Below, one piece after another: positions 11,786 to 24,477 of a stretch of 64,000 nucleotides of DNA. Origin of the DNA: Eledone cirrhosa (lineage: Eukaryota); contig OZ024742.1 in assembly GCA_964016885.1 (NCBI GenBank), forward strand, positions 196,726,001 to 196,790,000, in the 5' to 3' direction. The position numbers were made by a program, and so were the translations under genes. Numbering within the stretch: the first letter of the stretch is position 1; every line of letters begins with the position of its first letter. The notes beneath the pieces were generated by a model. That model did no database searches. It was given only the letters and a program-made list of their open reading frames with translations, and was not told the origin of the DNA.

Positions 11786-14274
11786 TGTCATGTTGTGTGT
11801 CAATGGAATCGTGTGAAAATTTCTTGTATTAGAATTTAATTGTTTCTACTTTAGGCACAAGGCCAGCAATTACCCAGTGCATTACTGGTACTTTATTTTA
11901 TCGACTCCGTAAGGATGAAAGACAATGTGAGGCAGTCAGTTATGCAAAAAACAGTGTTATGTATGTATGGTTGTTAATGAATTATATGGTGCAATTAAAA
12001 ATATTAATTCATAAATTAAAATATCAATATATTTCAACAATCATTATTTTAAAGTAAAAATCCTGGAAAAATAATCATGAAAAAAACCAAATATTTTGTG
12101 AAATTAAAACGTGTTGCTGAAAAAAAAACATAGGAAGTTATTTCCTTTGCTATTAGAGAGTTCCTCATTTCTTTTTAACAAAGATAACAAAGAAATGATC
12201 AATAGTTTTTGATGATTTTCAATCAATTTTGTTTTTGCATCGCGCAGGATGTCAAGAGTTAATCCCTCCCCCTACTACCCCTGATACATGTCACTCGGTT
12301 TTCTCCTTCACATGCATACTCACCTTTTACCTTCTTGGTAATTATTCAGCATCATCACTGTTTAATGTACATTTTTTCATACTAGTGTGGGTTAGACTAG
12401 TTGTCATGTTGTGTGTAAGATGACCATGTCTGGCTCAAACAGAACTGATACAGGCTTGGTTTCTATGGCTGGATGTCTTTCCTAATGCCAACTTGCTACT
12501 ATTCACTCTTTCAGATTCATTTGCCTTGAAAGAGTGGAGACAACATAGAGTAAAGTGATCTTTTTAGACAAGGCAACTCCACTAATGCTGATGCCAGTAC
12601 TCAGTACTTTCTTAAAATTTACTCAATATACTCTATAAAGTGGCTGCTGAATGTATGCTAGAGAGGACTCTTTAGTGTAACTGAGGATAAAGCAACACCT
12701 ATAGTGCTGGTTCCAGGATAAAATGTACTCAGTACACTCTGTAAATTGGTTTGTGTTACAAAGAGCATCACTTTTGTAGTTCCAAAATGGAACGTGAGCA
12801 AAATATGGTCCTCCAGTCTGTATAGATAAGCAAGAACTCCAAATACAAACTGAACTCGATCATGAATCAAATAATTTCTTTAACACTAGATGGACTTTTT
12901 CAACATGTGTTCGCATGTAGGAAATTCCTTCTAAAACAATGGAAGCTTTTACCTACACCAGGATAGCACCCAGTTGTCACAAGAGCTTCATACAAACTGA
13001 ATTGCCTGCAATGCACCACCTATATAAACTCTATTACTACTAGCCACTAATCCCAACACAGATATTCACATACATAGACAAGACAACAGTTTCTGAAACC
13101 AAGCCACACCCACAAACTGTGACATACCCCAGTGAATCTGCCTCTTCAATCACTCAACAACTAATCATCATATCAGTCACACATATTGGCATGTAAACAC
13201 ATGTGTGTACACATCATGGATGTGTGTATGTGTGCTCCTGCTGCTGTATGTATGTGTATCTGTGGATGGCTGTGTACTTATCCATACGTAATATAGGAGT
13301 TTTGACACTGTTTATGTGTATACATTGGGTGTCTGTCCGTGTGTACACACACACGTACACACACACACACACACATATATGTATGTATATGTATATATAT
13401 ATGTGTGTGTACACACATACAAATCCATCCAACTTCTAGTAGGGAAAATAGATATTAAATGACGATGATGTTTGTATGAGTATTTATATGTGTGTGTGTT
13501 TTTTCTGTGTTGCACTTTGTACTGACATGCATGTATATGCACCTGTACATACATGTAGGCATATGTGTATAGTAGTGATCCTATGACTGCAAAATATAAA
13601 TCACATACACCGTATTGCACAATATCAAATAATTTGTATACACACAATCTCAAATATTTCGAAGGTATTTCATGTACTTCTGAGGGGAGATAACTTAGTA
13701 TGAAAGACAACACTCTTAGCACCGCTTTCCTCATAAATCAGTTTCCCATAAATCTTGCATAACATCACATTATCTTGTAGCTCCACATGGGCCAACCATT
13801 TTATTTACAAAACTCTGTTTGAAGAAAAACTGGACACATCTGTTCTTCTATGAAGCATGTGTAATGTCAATTTGTAAACCTTAGACTGTATGGTAACATA
13901 ACTCTTCTCACAAGATTAAATTCTCTCTACTCTCCTTTGAATATTCTAACTGCTTTGGGTAGTCTACTGAGACAAGAATAAACTATAGCTTATATGCGTT
14001 TTTGTGTGTGAAACATAGGCAGAAGATGTTCATTTGCATATAGTGCAAATAAAGCATTGGCATATAACTTATTCTTGTCTGAGTGAGTAAATATCACTGA
14101 TGATGAATAAAAATTCAGAAGTTCTCACAGCTAGTGAGATAACTGTGACATGATCACAGCTTAAAATATTCATTGTGTGACTTTTGTATGTTTATTGTAC
14201 ACAGACATATTGTATATACTTTCATATATACCTCTGATATATATATATATGACTAATAAGCTCATATATCTAAG

Positions 14275-15420
14275 ATTCATTGACCTGGAAAATGCCTTTG
14301 ACAGAATCCCTCTGTAATTTGGTGGTCACTTAGTAAGGCAGGGTTAGAGGAATGGCTTGTGAAGGTTGTATGGCTATGTACACAGGTGCAACAAGCAAGG
14401 TAAGAGTTGGCAATGAGTACAGTGATGAGTTTAGTGTGCAGGTAGGGCCCATTTAGTGTGCAGGTAGGGCCCATCAAAGTTAAGTCTTCAGCCCCTCTGG
14501 CCATAACAGATACTGAAGACTGGTTGTCTCTGGGAATTTCCATATGCCGATGTCTACTCTTCATTGCTGAAATAATAGAAAAGCTAGAAAAAATATTCCA
14601 GACGTGGAAGAAAAATCTTGAATCAAATGACCTAAAAGTAAACCTAACAAAGACTAAAGTTTTAATAAGAAAGAAAAAGGATAAGACCCTGCTACCACCA
14701 GGGGAATGGCCATGCTCAATGTGTAGAAAAGATGTGAGTAGGAATTTCATTCTGTGTACCCAGTGTAGACTGGATATACAAGAGAGGTAGTGAGATCACA
14801 GATAGACTGACAGGAATGGTAGGCAATATGTGTGGCAGATGCACTTTGAGTAGTCAACAGTAAGGACACCCAAGGAATAAACCATCTCATGTTCAGAAGG
14901 TTCACTGGAAGTAGTAAAAAGCTTTTGCAATCAAGATCTTATTAGTAGTAGATGTACTGGAAGTGTTATAGCAAGAGTGCGAACAGTGGGGGTAAAAGTT
15001 CAGAGAGCTGTTACTGCTGCTGGCTACAAAGGGCTCCTCTCTCAGAATGAAGGGCAGATTACATGATGCTTTTATTTGATCAGTAATACTGCATGGCAGC
15101 GAGACATGGGCCCTGAATGTAGAAGATTTGCAGTGGTTGGAATTAAATGAAACATGCATACTTTGCAGGATATGCGATACCAGTGTGCACGAACAACAGA
15201 GCACAAGTGAACTGAAAGAAAAGATGAGTATAAGAAGAATTGAATGATAAAAAGGGTCCTGATTGTTTGCGATGGATGCAACCTGCAGAAAAGCAAAATT
15301 AAGGAAGACATGGGACGAAGTTGTAAAGAATGACCTCAAGAAACTGAACTTCAAAAAAGAGATGACTCAGGGCCAAGCTGAGTGGCAATATGCCATAATA
15401 TAAAAAGCATGTCCACAGTA
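14275..15420 (+). mobile_element. Decayed RTE LINE ORF2 (RT end, Cys-rich finger, C-terminus)
   Basis: FIDLENAFD at the start, LKVNLTKTKVL, PCSMC...LCTQC, HGSETWAL; many stops and frameshifts. Confidence 0.85.
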
Positions 15421-15532
15421 CAAGTACTGTGACACTAAAAGTCAATGTGGTGACAGCTCAGTGATTATAGAGTTTGACAATCAAAATCAGAGACAATATA
15501 GGATTGGAGATGACTATCATATACAAACCTTT

Positions 15533-17145
15533 TAGTGCTGGTGCCACTATAAAATACACCCACTACACCCTGTAAAGTGTTAGTGTTGGTACCATGATAA
15601 AATACACCCACTACACCCTGTAAAGTGTTAGTGCTGGTGCCACTATAAAATACACCCACTACACCCTGTAAAGTGTTAGTGTTGGTACCATGATAAAATA
15701 CACCCACTACACCCTGTAAAGTGTTAGTGCTGGTGCCACTATAAAATACACCCACTACACCCTGTAAAGTGTTAGTGTTGGTACCATGATAAAATACACC
15801 CACTACACCCTGTAAAGTGTTAGTGCTGGTGCCACTATAAAATACACCCACTACACCCTGTAAAGTGTTAGTGTTGGTACCATGATAAAATACACCCACT
15901 ACACCCTGTAAAGTGTTAGTGCTGGTGCCACTATAAAATACACCCACTACACCCTGTAAAGTGTTAGTGTTGGTGCCACTATAAAATGCACCCACTACAC
16001 CCTGTAAAGTGTTAGTGTTGGTGCCACTATAAAATGCACCCACTACACCCTGTAAAGTGTTAGTGTTGGTGCCACTATAAAATGCACCCACTACACCCTG
16101 TAAAGTGTTAGTGTTGGTGCCACTATAAAATACACCCACTACACCCTGTAAAGTGTTAGTGTTGGTGCCACTATAAAATACACCCACTACACCCTGTAAA
16201 GTGTTAGTGCTGGTGTCACTTTAAATGCACCCACTACACCCTGTAAAGTGTTAGTATTGGTGCCACTATAAAATGCACCCACTACACCCTGTAAAGTGTT
16301 AGTGTTGGTACTATGATAAAATACACCCACTACACCCTGTAAAGTGTTAGTGTTGGTACCATGATAAAATACACCCACTACACCCTGTAAAGTGTTAGTG
16401 TTGGTACCATGATAAAATACACCCACTACACCCTGTAAAGTGTTAGTGCTGGTGCCACTATAAAATACACCCACTACACTCTGTAAAGTGTTAGTGTTGG
16501 TGCCACTATAAAATACACCCACTACACCCTGTAAAGTGTTAGTGCTGGTACCATGATAAAATACACCCACTATACCCTGTAAAGTGTTAGTGTTGGTACC
16601 ACTATAAAATACACCCACTACACCCTGTAAAGTGTTAGTGTTGGTACCATGATAAAATACACCTACTACACCCTGTAAAGTGTTAGTGCTGGTACCATGA
16701 TAAAATACACCCACTACACCCTGTAAAGTGTTAGTGTTGGTACCATGATAAAATACACCTACTACACCCTGTAAAGTGTTAGTGTTGGTACCATGATAAA
16801 ATACACCTACTACACCCTGTAAAGTGTTAGTGTTGGTACCATGATAAAATACACCCACTACACCCTGTAAAGTGTTAGTGCTGGTGCCACTATAAAATAC
16901 ACCCACTACACCCTGTAAAGTGTTAGTGCTGGTGTCACTTTAAATGCGCCCACTACACCCTGTAAAGTGTTAGTGCTGGTGTCACTTTAAATGCACCCAC
17001 TACACCCTATAAAATGTTAGTATTGGTTCCACTATAAAATGCACCCACTACACCCTGTAAAGTGTTAGTGTTGGTGCCACTATGAAATGCACCCACTACA
17101 CCCTGTAAAGTGTTAGTGTTGGTACCATGATAAAATGCACCCAGT
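15533..17145. repeat. 48-bp minisatellite, ~34 copies
   Basis: Unit gtgccactataaaatacacccactacaccctgtaaagtgttagtgttg, with an accatgat variant. Confidence 0.97.
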
Positions 17146-17659
17146 CCATTCGGTAAATTGGTAGCACTGATATCACAAAAAAAAAAAAAAATGCTGCCAG
17201 TATGCTCTGTATGGTGGTTGGTATTAGTAAGTGCATCTAGTGGTGGAAACTATGCCAAATATTATGTGCAAGATTGGTTGCTCCAACCCATCTGTTTCAG
17301 GCTGTGATAGCCTGTCCAACCTATGCCAACTTGGAAAATAGATGTAAGTATTATGATGATACACACAAACATACATACATCTGAGTGTACAAGTCAGAAG
17401 AAAAAAGTACTCAAAATAAAAATAATTAAATGAAAAAACCTTGTTGTCTCTGATCGAGATGAAGCAAGAGCGTATTTGAATCATCATCATCATCACTGTT
17501 TAACGTCTAATTTTCCATGCTTGCATGGGTTAGACGGATCACCCCCGTCATGAGACAAGTCTGGCCAGTTGGCCGCACCGTACCTTGCTCAGGCAAAACT
17601 GTATTTTGGCTGGAATTTTTACAGCTGGATGCCCTTCCTAACACCAACCGCATTTACAG

Positions 17660-17932
17660 TATATATAAAAGTGAGAAATCATTGCTAGGACAGTTGCCAA
17701 AACAGCCAGATGTTGTCAAAGACAGCAATGGGCAAAAATGCCTCAGATGACAGATGCCAGCAGTTGACAAATAGACAATCCACGAGGTGGGTCACTGTCA
17801 TCCACCTTATGGATTGTCTCTCTGTCAACTGCTAGTCTCTGACCTCTGGGGAACGTTTGCCCATTGCTGTCAGTGACAGGATTTGGTTGTTTTGGCGGCT
17901 GTTCTAGCGGAGTTTTCTCATTTTTATAAATA
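17660..17932. mobile_element. Palindromic fold-back element (MITE-like)
   Basis: Two ~130-bp imperfect inverted arms (e.g. gacagcaatgggcaaa / tttgcccattgctgtc; gcagttgaca / tgtcaactgc) around a ~11-nt loop. Confidence 0.8.
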
Positions 17933-18727
17933 CTAGACCACCCGTGACCTGTTGGGTCACATTCACTTCAAAATATAAAAAAAAAATCACGTTCACTTAA
18001 AAATAATTTTTGAATAATTAAAATATACACAAACATATATATGGAAGGCCCATATATATACGTGTGTGTATGTATATATAAATGTGTGTGTGTATGTGTG
18101 TATACATATATATATGTATGTGTGTGTATATATATGTAGGTGTTTGATCTATATACACTGGTCATAGACACACACACACACACACACACACACTCATACA
18201 TATATACAACACCACCACCAGCTCTCTTCCTTTCTCCTTCTCTGTCTACTTCTCTATTTCTCTCTCTATGTCTCTCTTTCAATATACTCTCTCACAACCA
18301 CTGTCTCTTTCTCTCTATCTTTCTCTCTCTCTACCCGGAAAAACCCCATATCTTGGGAACCCATGTTCTGATTTACGCGAAAATTGTTTTATTCCATTTG
18401 TATCCCGATTTCAGGGTCAACTTCCTTTCAAAGTGTTTTCCCATTATGCGCCCTGTTGGCTGTATTACCTTACAACAGACAAGCGAGCAAGCAAGCAATC
18501 ACAGAGTTTTAGTAGTATACTAGCAGAATAGCCTGGTGTTGCTTGGGATTTGCTGTAGGGTTCTTATATATTTGATATATATTTGTCCTTATCAAGCCTT
18601 GTGAAATAAATATGTTTGTTTATATTTTGTTATTGTGTATGCAAAAATATCTGTCCCATTATGCGCCCTGTTGGCCGTATTACATTACAGACAAGCAAGC
18701 AATCACAGAGTTTTAGTAGTATATAGA
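17933..18727 (-). mobile_element. Two tandem or nested non-autonomous Helitrons
   Basis: Minus-strand 5' TCTATATACTACTAAAACTCTGTG starting at 18727; 3' CTAG ends at 18520 and 17933, the latter preceded by a gaccc..ggtc hairpin. Same termini as 48538-48852. Confidence 0.75.
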
Positions 18728-18859
18728 TAAATAAATTAATGTATTCTTGATGCTAGTTTCCATTACTCTACAGAATTTCCTGTATATCACTGATCACTTA
18801 AATCTAATACATGATCAGGGCCACAGACTAAACTCAGAGTAACCTCAGCACTCCAATGT

Positions 18860-19990
18860 AAATATGTGTGTTTCTTTGTACATCTGTATTGTGAAAATAT
18901 GTATGTGTCTATGTATGTTTGTATTATGTATATGTGTAATGTAAATATGTGTGTGTGTCTATGTGTATGTAATGTAAATATGTATGTGTCTCTTTGTACA
19001 TCTGTATGTAATGTAAATATGTATGTCTATGTATGTTTGTATTATGTAAATAAGTGTACGTCTATGTATGTGTAATGTAAATTTGTGTGTGTGTGTGTGT
19101 GTCTATGTATGTCTACATTATGTAAATATGTGTATATGTAGGTCTGTATTACATGTCTGTATCTATGTATGTGTTATGTAAATATGTATCTGTGTATGCA
19201 TGCATAGTGTAAATATGTGTGTCTCTGTACTATGTAAATACGTGTGTGTCAGTGTTATATAAATGTATGTGTCTGTACTATGTATATATGTGTGTGTCTG
19301 TGTTTGTATTATATAAATATATGTGTCTGTGTGTCTGTACTATGTATATGTGAGTGTGTCTGTTTGTATTATATAAATATGTGTCTGTACTATGTATATA
19401 TGTGTGTGTCTGTACTATGTATATATGTGTGTGTGTCTATGTCTATTTTATGTAAATATATGTATGTCTATATATGTTTATATTATGTAAATATGTGTGT
19501 GTCTATGTCTATATTATGTTAATATGTGTATGTCTATGTATGTGTCTATATTATATTATGTGTGAGTATGTGTATGTCTATATTATGTTAATGTGTGTGT
19601 CTGTATGTCTATATTATGTTAACCCTTTACCATTCACATTACTCTATATATACTATTATATTTTCATGGTAAAGGCTTTATCACATAATTATCTCACATA
19701 TTATCGAATTTATGAGAATTTGAAAGTATTTATTTTGAGAACAATACCTTAACATCAGTATGAGTGACCAGTTACAGCCAGTTTCAACAGAAAGAGGTAG
19801 AGAATTCTGGCTGGTTTTGGCTGGTTTGAACATTAAAGGGTTAATATGTGTGTGTCTGTGTATGTCTATATTATGTTAATGTGTGTCTATATATGTCTAT
19901 ATTATGTTATGTGTGTGTGTCTATGTATGTCTATATTGGGTAAATGTGTGTGTGTCTGTACTATATAAATATGTGTGTTTATAAGTCTAT
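18860..19990. repeat. Degenerate (TG/TA)-rich low-complexity minisatellite
   Basis: Recurring gtctatattatgt(a/t)aatatgtgtgt. Confidence 0.85.
19619..19844. mobile_element. piggyBac-type MITE (family P1)
   Basis: TTAA-CCCTTTA...TAAAGGG-TTAA. Homologues at about 10971-11117, 21295-21505, 33244-33470 and 54659-54874. Confidence 0.85.
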
Positions 19991-20184
19991 TATGATCTTT
20001 CCTCATTGCCCCCCCCCCCCCACCTCCCTACCATCCAACATCTTTTTAATCAAATCTGTTGGCATTCCTTTGATTTTCTCCTCTCTCTACTCTTCTCTGA
20101 TCAGTTCTCTCCATAAACACTTGTTACCCTCTCCTTCCCCTTACATCCTCACTACACCTGCTCCCTCTCTCTCTCTCTCTCTTT

Positions 20185-21135
20185 ACCTCCCTTCCATAAC
20201 ACCTCCTCCACTTCACACCACCTCCCTTCCATAACACCTCCTCTCCTCCACACCACCACCTCTCCTCCCTTCCATAACACCTCCTCTCCTCCACACCACC
20301 ACCACCTCTCCTCCCTTCCATAACACCTCTCCTCCACACCAACTCCTCCCTTCCATCTTCCACACCACCTCCCTTCCATAACACCTCTCCTCCACACCAC
20401 CACCTATCCTCCACACCACCACCTCTCCTCCACACCAACTCCTCCCTTCCATCTTCCACACCACCTCCCTTCCATAACACCTCTCCTCCACACCACCACC
20501 TATCCTCCACACCACCACCTTTCCTCCACACCAACTCCTCCCTTCCATCTTCCACACCACCTCCCTTCCATAACACCTCCTCTCCTCCACACCACCACCT
20601 CTCCTCCACACCAACTCCTCCCTTCCATCTTCCACACCACCTCCCTTATCTCTACACCCCCTCATCTCCCCAACCTCTGCCATACTCCCACCCTATCTTC
20701 CCTTCACCTTACCCTCATCCTACCTCCCACAACCAATACCCATCTCCTCTACTTCCACCCTATCTCCCTCTACTCTCACCTCATCTCCCTCACATCCCCC
20801 ATCATCTCCCCTAATCCCACCCTATCTCCCCTACTCCCACCTCATCTCCCCTACTCCCACCTCATCTCCTCTACCCACCCTATCTCCTCCACCCCCACCC
20901 TATCTCCCCCACTTCCACCCTATCTCCCCCACTCCCACCCATCTCCCCTACTCCCACCTCATCGCCTCTACTCCCACCCCATCTCCCCTACTCCCACCCC
21001 ATCTCCCCATCTCCCACCTCTCCTCTACTCCCACCCCATCTCCCCTACTCCCACCTCATCTCCCCTACTCCCACCTCATCTCCCCTACTCCCACCTCATC
21101 TCCTCTACTCTCACCTCATCTCCCCTACTCCCACT
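20185..21135. repeat. C-rich minisatellites (ctcccttccataacacc.. block, then a 20-bp tcccctactcccacctcatc block)
   Basis: Directly visible; almost no G on the plus strand. Confidence 0.9.
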
Positions 21136-21644
21136 TCTATTTATCCATCAAAACCAGTTGACATTTCATCTCCCTCCAAGAAACTGTTCCACCTGAAACA
21201 TAAGAACTCCTCTTCCTCATGGCATAACAACCTTTATTTCATCTTTTGATCTTTTTATTATAGACCAGACACAGAACACCAAGTTTCTACAGTTTTAAAA
21301 CCCTTTAGCATCTAATTCTCTCACCTCTTTCTGTTCAAACCGGCTGTAACTAACCACTCATACTGATGTTGCAGTATTGTTCTCAAAATAAATAACATCA
21401 AAATCTCATAGATTCAATATTATGTGAGGTAAATATGTAAGATAAAGCCTTTACCATAAAAATACAATAGTATATATAGAGTAATGTAAATGCTAAAGGT
21501 TTAAGGTGCTCAGCTGTAGAAAACCTGCCAATAAAAGGGTCAAGAGAGTTCTTCAGTTGTGTCAGAGGCATGACAACCTTTTTAGTGTTGGTGACATGAT
21601 GAAATGCACTCAGTTCAATATGTAGAGTGATTGCAATGGAATCA

Positions 21645-21985
21645 GGAATGTTCTTTGCAGACGTTGACTGAGATGGTTTGGCCACACACTTTGGCTTCAA
21701 CCAGGTGAATTCATCTGCTTCTGATCCACAACCATTTCAGATATTGTGCAAACGACATGGTGGACAGCTGAAGATTTGGTTGCATACCATGAAAACTGAC
21801 GTTGAAATTTACCTGGGCCCAAGTGTGTTTGGTACTCACCATTGGAATCGCGATTGGTTGCCCTCATCGATTCAATTACCTCCATTCGTCGTGCGTGGTC
21901 TGCATTTGTGAGGGACAATTCTTTCGATGGAGCCAGCTCAATCCACCCTGGATGAATGCTGCCACAAGTACAAGTAGTAAGTAGA
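21645..21985 (+). mobile_element. RTE LINE 3' fragment with caagta tail, inserted in SINE-like sequence
   Basis: LRWFGH...GGQLKIWL...LGPSVFG...W translation; ends caagtacaagtagtaagta. Confidence 0.7.
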
Positions 21986-22203
21986 GAGATTGGTAATAGG
22001 AAGGGCATCCAGCTATAGAAAACCTGCCAAACAAGGAGTTGTGAGGTCTCTTTAGTAGCATCAATGATTTGACAACCTTCCTAGTATTGTTCCCACAATA
22101 AGATGTACCCAGTAAACTCTGTAGACTGCTTGGAATGTGTGCAAGCAATGTATGTATGTTGAGTTCTAATACTTTGTCTGACACTTATTTCATTGTTCTA
22201 GCC

Positions 22204-22357
22204 CAGACATGGGCAAACTGTGGCCTGCAAACCGCATGCAGCCCATTTGGTTTTCTGAATGGAATTCCTAATTTCATAGTTGCCTTTAATTATTTAGTAG
22301 TGTGGCCTGCCTTATGGTGAGCCACATCCTATGTGGCCCACTGCTCAAAAAAGGTTG
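22204..22357. mobile_element. Truncated hAT-type MITE
   Basis: cagacatgggcaaactgtggcc...tgtggccc...aaaaggttg, Charlie-like termini. Confidence 0.55.
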
Positions 22358-22365
22358 ATGTAGAG

Positions 22366-23077
22366 CATTATTTCCCAAAGTGGGCGGTACCGCCCCCCCC
22401 CCCCGATATCGGGGGTTTGGGGCTTGGGGGGGGGGGGGGGGGGCGATAGTGTAGTATTAAAAAAAAGAAAAAAACATTGAGCTAAGGCCAAAGTTCAAGA
22501 AATCATATCAAGATTTTTGGTTACAAAAAAAAATCTCTGACTTCTATCCAGTATTATGGAACAAAGTGAAGATATATTTTATTGCCCTTCCAACGGCATA
22601 TTTGGTAGAACAGGGCTTCAGTGCAGTTGCCTTGCTTCTTTCCAAGCAAAGGAACAGACTTAAAATTACCGAACGTGGGGATCTACGACTTCTTCTTAGT
22701 GAGTTCCAGCCTGATGTGGAGAAACTAATATCCCTACACCAAGTACACCCATCCCATTAGAAGTAATTGTGAAAACTAATTAAAATGGTTTATTAAATTA
22801 ATTAGTATTTTTCAATACATATTTTGTGTTTAATATTGTTGTTTTCAATTTGAAACAAACAAAAAAATGCTCGCATGTGTGTATTGGGGGTAATTGTGGA
22901 GACCAAATAAAATGGTTTATTGATTTAATTATTATTTTTGAAATATATATTTTGTGTTTAATATTGTTGTTTTCACTTTGAAAAAAAAAGCTTGCATGTG
23001 TATATTGGGAGAGGGGGCGCTAGGAATCTATCTGGAAGCCAAGGGGGTGCCAGCCTGAAAAAGTTTGGGAAACTCTG
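22366..23077 (+). mobile_element. Internally deleted hAT (Buster/Charlie-type) DNA transposon
   Basis: 8-bp TSD ATGTAGAG at 22358-22365 and 23078-23085; TIRs cattatttcccaaa / tttgggaaactctg; transposase C-terminus PTAYLVEQGFSAV..KQRNRL..RGDLRL..HQVHPSH*. Confidence 0.93.
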
Positions 23078-24051
23078 ATGTAGAGGGAGATATTTTAGTT
23101 GAATGTTGATATTGTAAGCAATATTTCTATTCAAATGTGTTGGTTTCCCCCTTTTGATGATAAGTATATATGGGCCCGTAACTTCTGATGAGGTTGTAGG
23201 GGTGCTGTCATGACATACAATGTGTCTTAGGTACTTTAAACCCATCCTCTTCCAGGTCTGAACACAGCAGATTTATTCAGATTTATTCCAGTGAAAGATA
23301 GAGAATGAGAGAGAGAGGAAGGAAGAAAGAGAGGGAGAGGGAGGAATGGAAAAAGATATATAGTGGAAGAATCAACTCCAATACTGGACTGGTACTTCTT
23401 TTATGACCTCGAAAGGATGAAAAGCAAAGTTGACCTCAGTGGGATTTGAACAGAGAGCTGAAAGAAATACAGCAAAGCATTCTATCTGATGTTCTCATGA
23501 CTCTGATAATTTTCCACCTATCATGCTGATATAAATATGTATATATTTTGAAAATTAAATTAATGACTTTTACAGACAGAGTAAGTTCTGTTGCCTTCTC
23601 TCACATGAATTTTTAGAGAAGGAAAAGAAACTAGTCTTGTAAGAGTTGTGGTGGTGGTGATGATGATAATCCTTTTTTCTCTCTCTCTGTTTTTTCTTCT
23701 CTTCCCCTATTCTCTCTCATCCACTTGCTGACATGCTCAGCCACAAGTCCCCAATTCCCAGCACCTCTTGTTCTTTCTCTAACTACCTAACTTTGAGAGA
23801 GACAAGGCATGTTTGTCTGCTCTCCATTGCAGTTATTTTTTTAATGAAAGTCTATTTATATTTCCCTCCTTCCTACACTACCATTTATACAGCCTGCATT
23901 GTATATTGTCCTGTTTCCAGTCATAGTCAAAAGATATTCCATTGATTTCCTCTATCTCTATATGTTGTGTTGTCTCATATGCATCTTTCTGGCTGCTTGT
24001 GTAAGCTGTTGTGTAACTTAGGCCATGTGCAACTTTGCTATATATATATAT

Positions 24052-24094
<43 letters not shown>

Positions 24095-24296
24095 ATGAGA
24101 AGAAAGAATACTGCGTGGTTGCACATGGGTTACATATGATAAAAATAGTCCTTCATCAGTGATTTTCCAACCTTCATTGGTATTTCATCGCTTTAAAAAT
24201 CATATACCTCCAGTTGGTGCGAGCAATAGCTAAATAAAGCTATTGGGACAAGTAAATCGTGTAAAGCGAGCGAGACAAGTAATATATATATATATA

Positions 24297-24388
24297 TAGG
24301 AAAAAGTATGACCCCGACGGCAGAGCTCAAGCCGTTTCGACAGCTATTTCTGGCTATTTCTTTGCTGTCGGGGTCATACTTTTTCCTA
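24297..24388. mobile_element. 92-bp element with 28-bp terminal inverted repeats
   Basis: taggaaaaagtatgaccccgacggcaga / tttgctgtcggggtcatactttttccta (26 of 28 complementary). Confidence 0.7.
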
Positions 24389-24477
24389 TTTCCCACTCTA
24401 CTACCCTAAGTATTGAGTACTCTGGTGCGTTATGGTCCATCTGGTTCCTTACCACAATTCCTTTGTTATATATATAT

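Noticed and set aside
15465-16906. Two ~240-aa ORFs of GVFYSGTNTNTLQGVV repeats, superficially like ice-binding or beta-solenoid proteins
   Set aside because: They are a by-product of a 48-bp (3n) SINE-derived unit, antisense within an intron, with no true ATG start or splice context.
22566-22760. Domesticated ZBED/SCAND-like gene exon
   Set aside because: It lies between TIRs and a TSD and holds only the transposase tail, so it is a transposon derivative.
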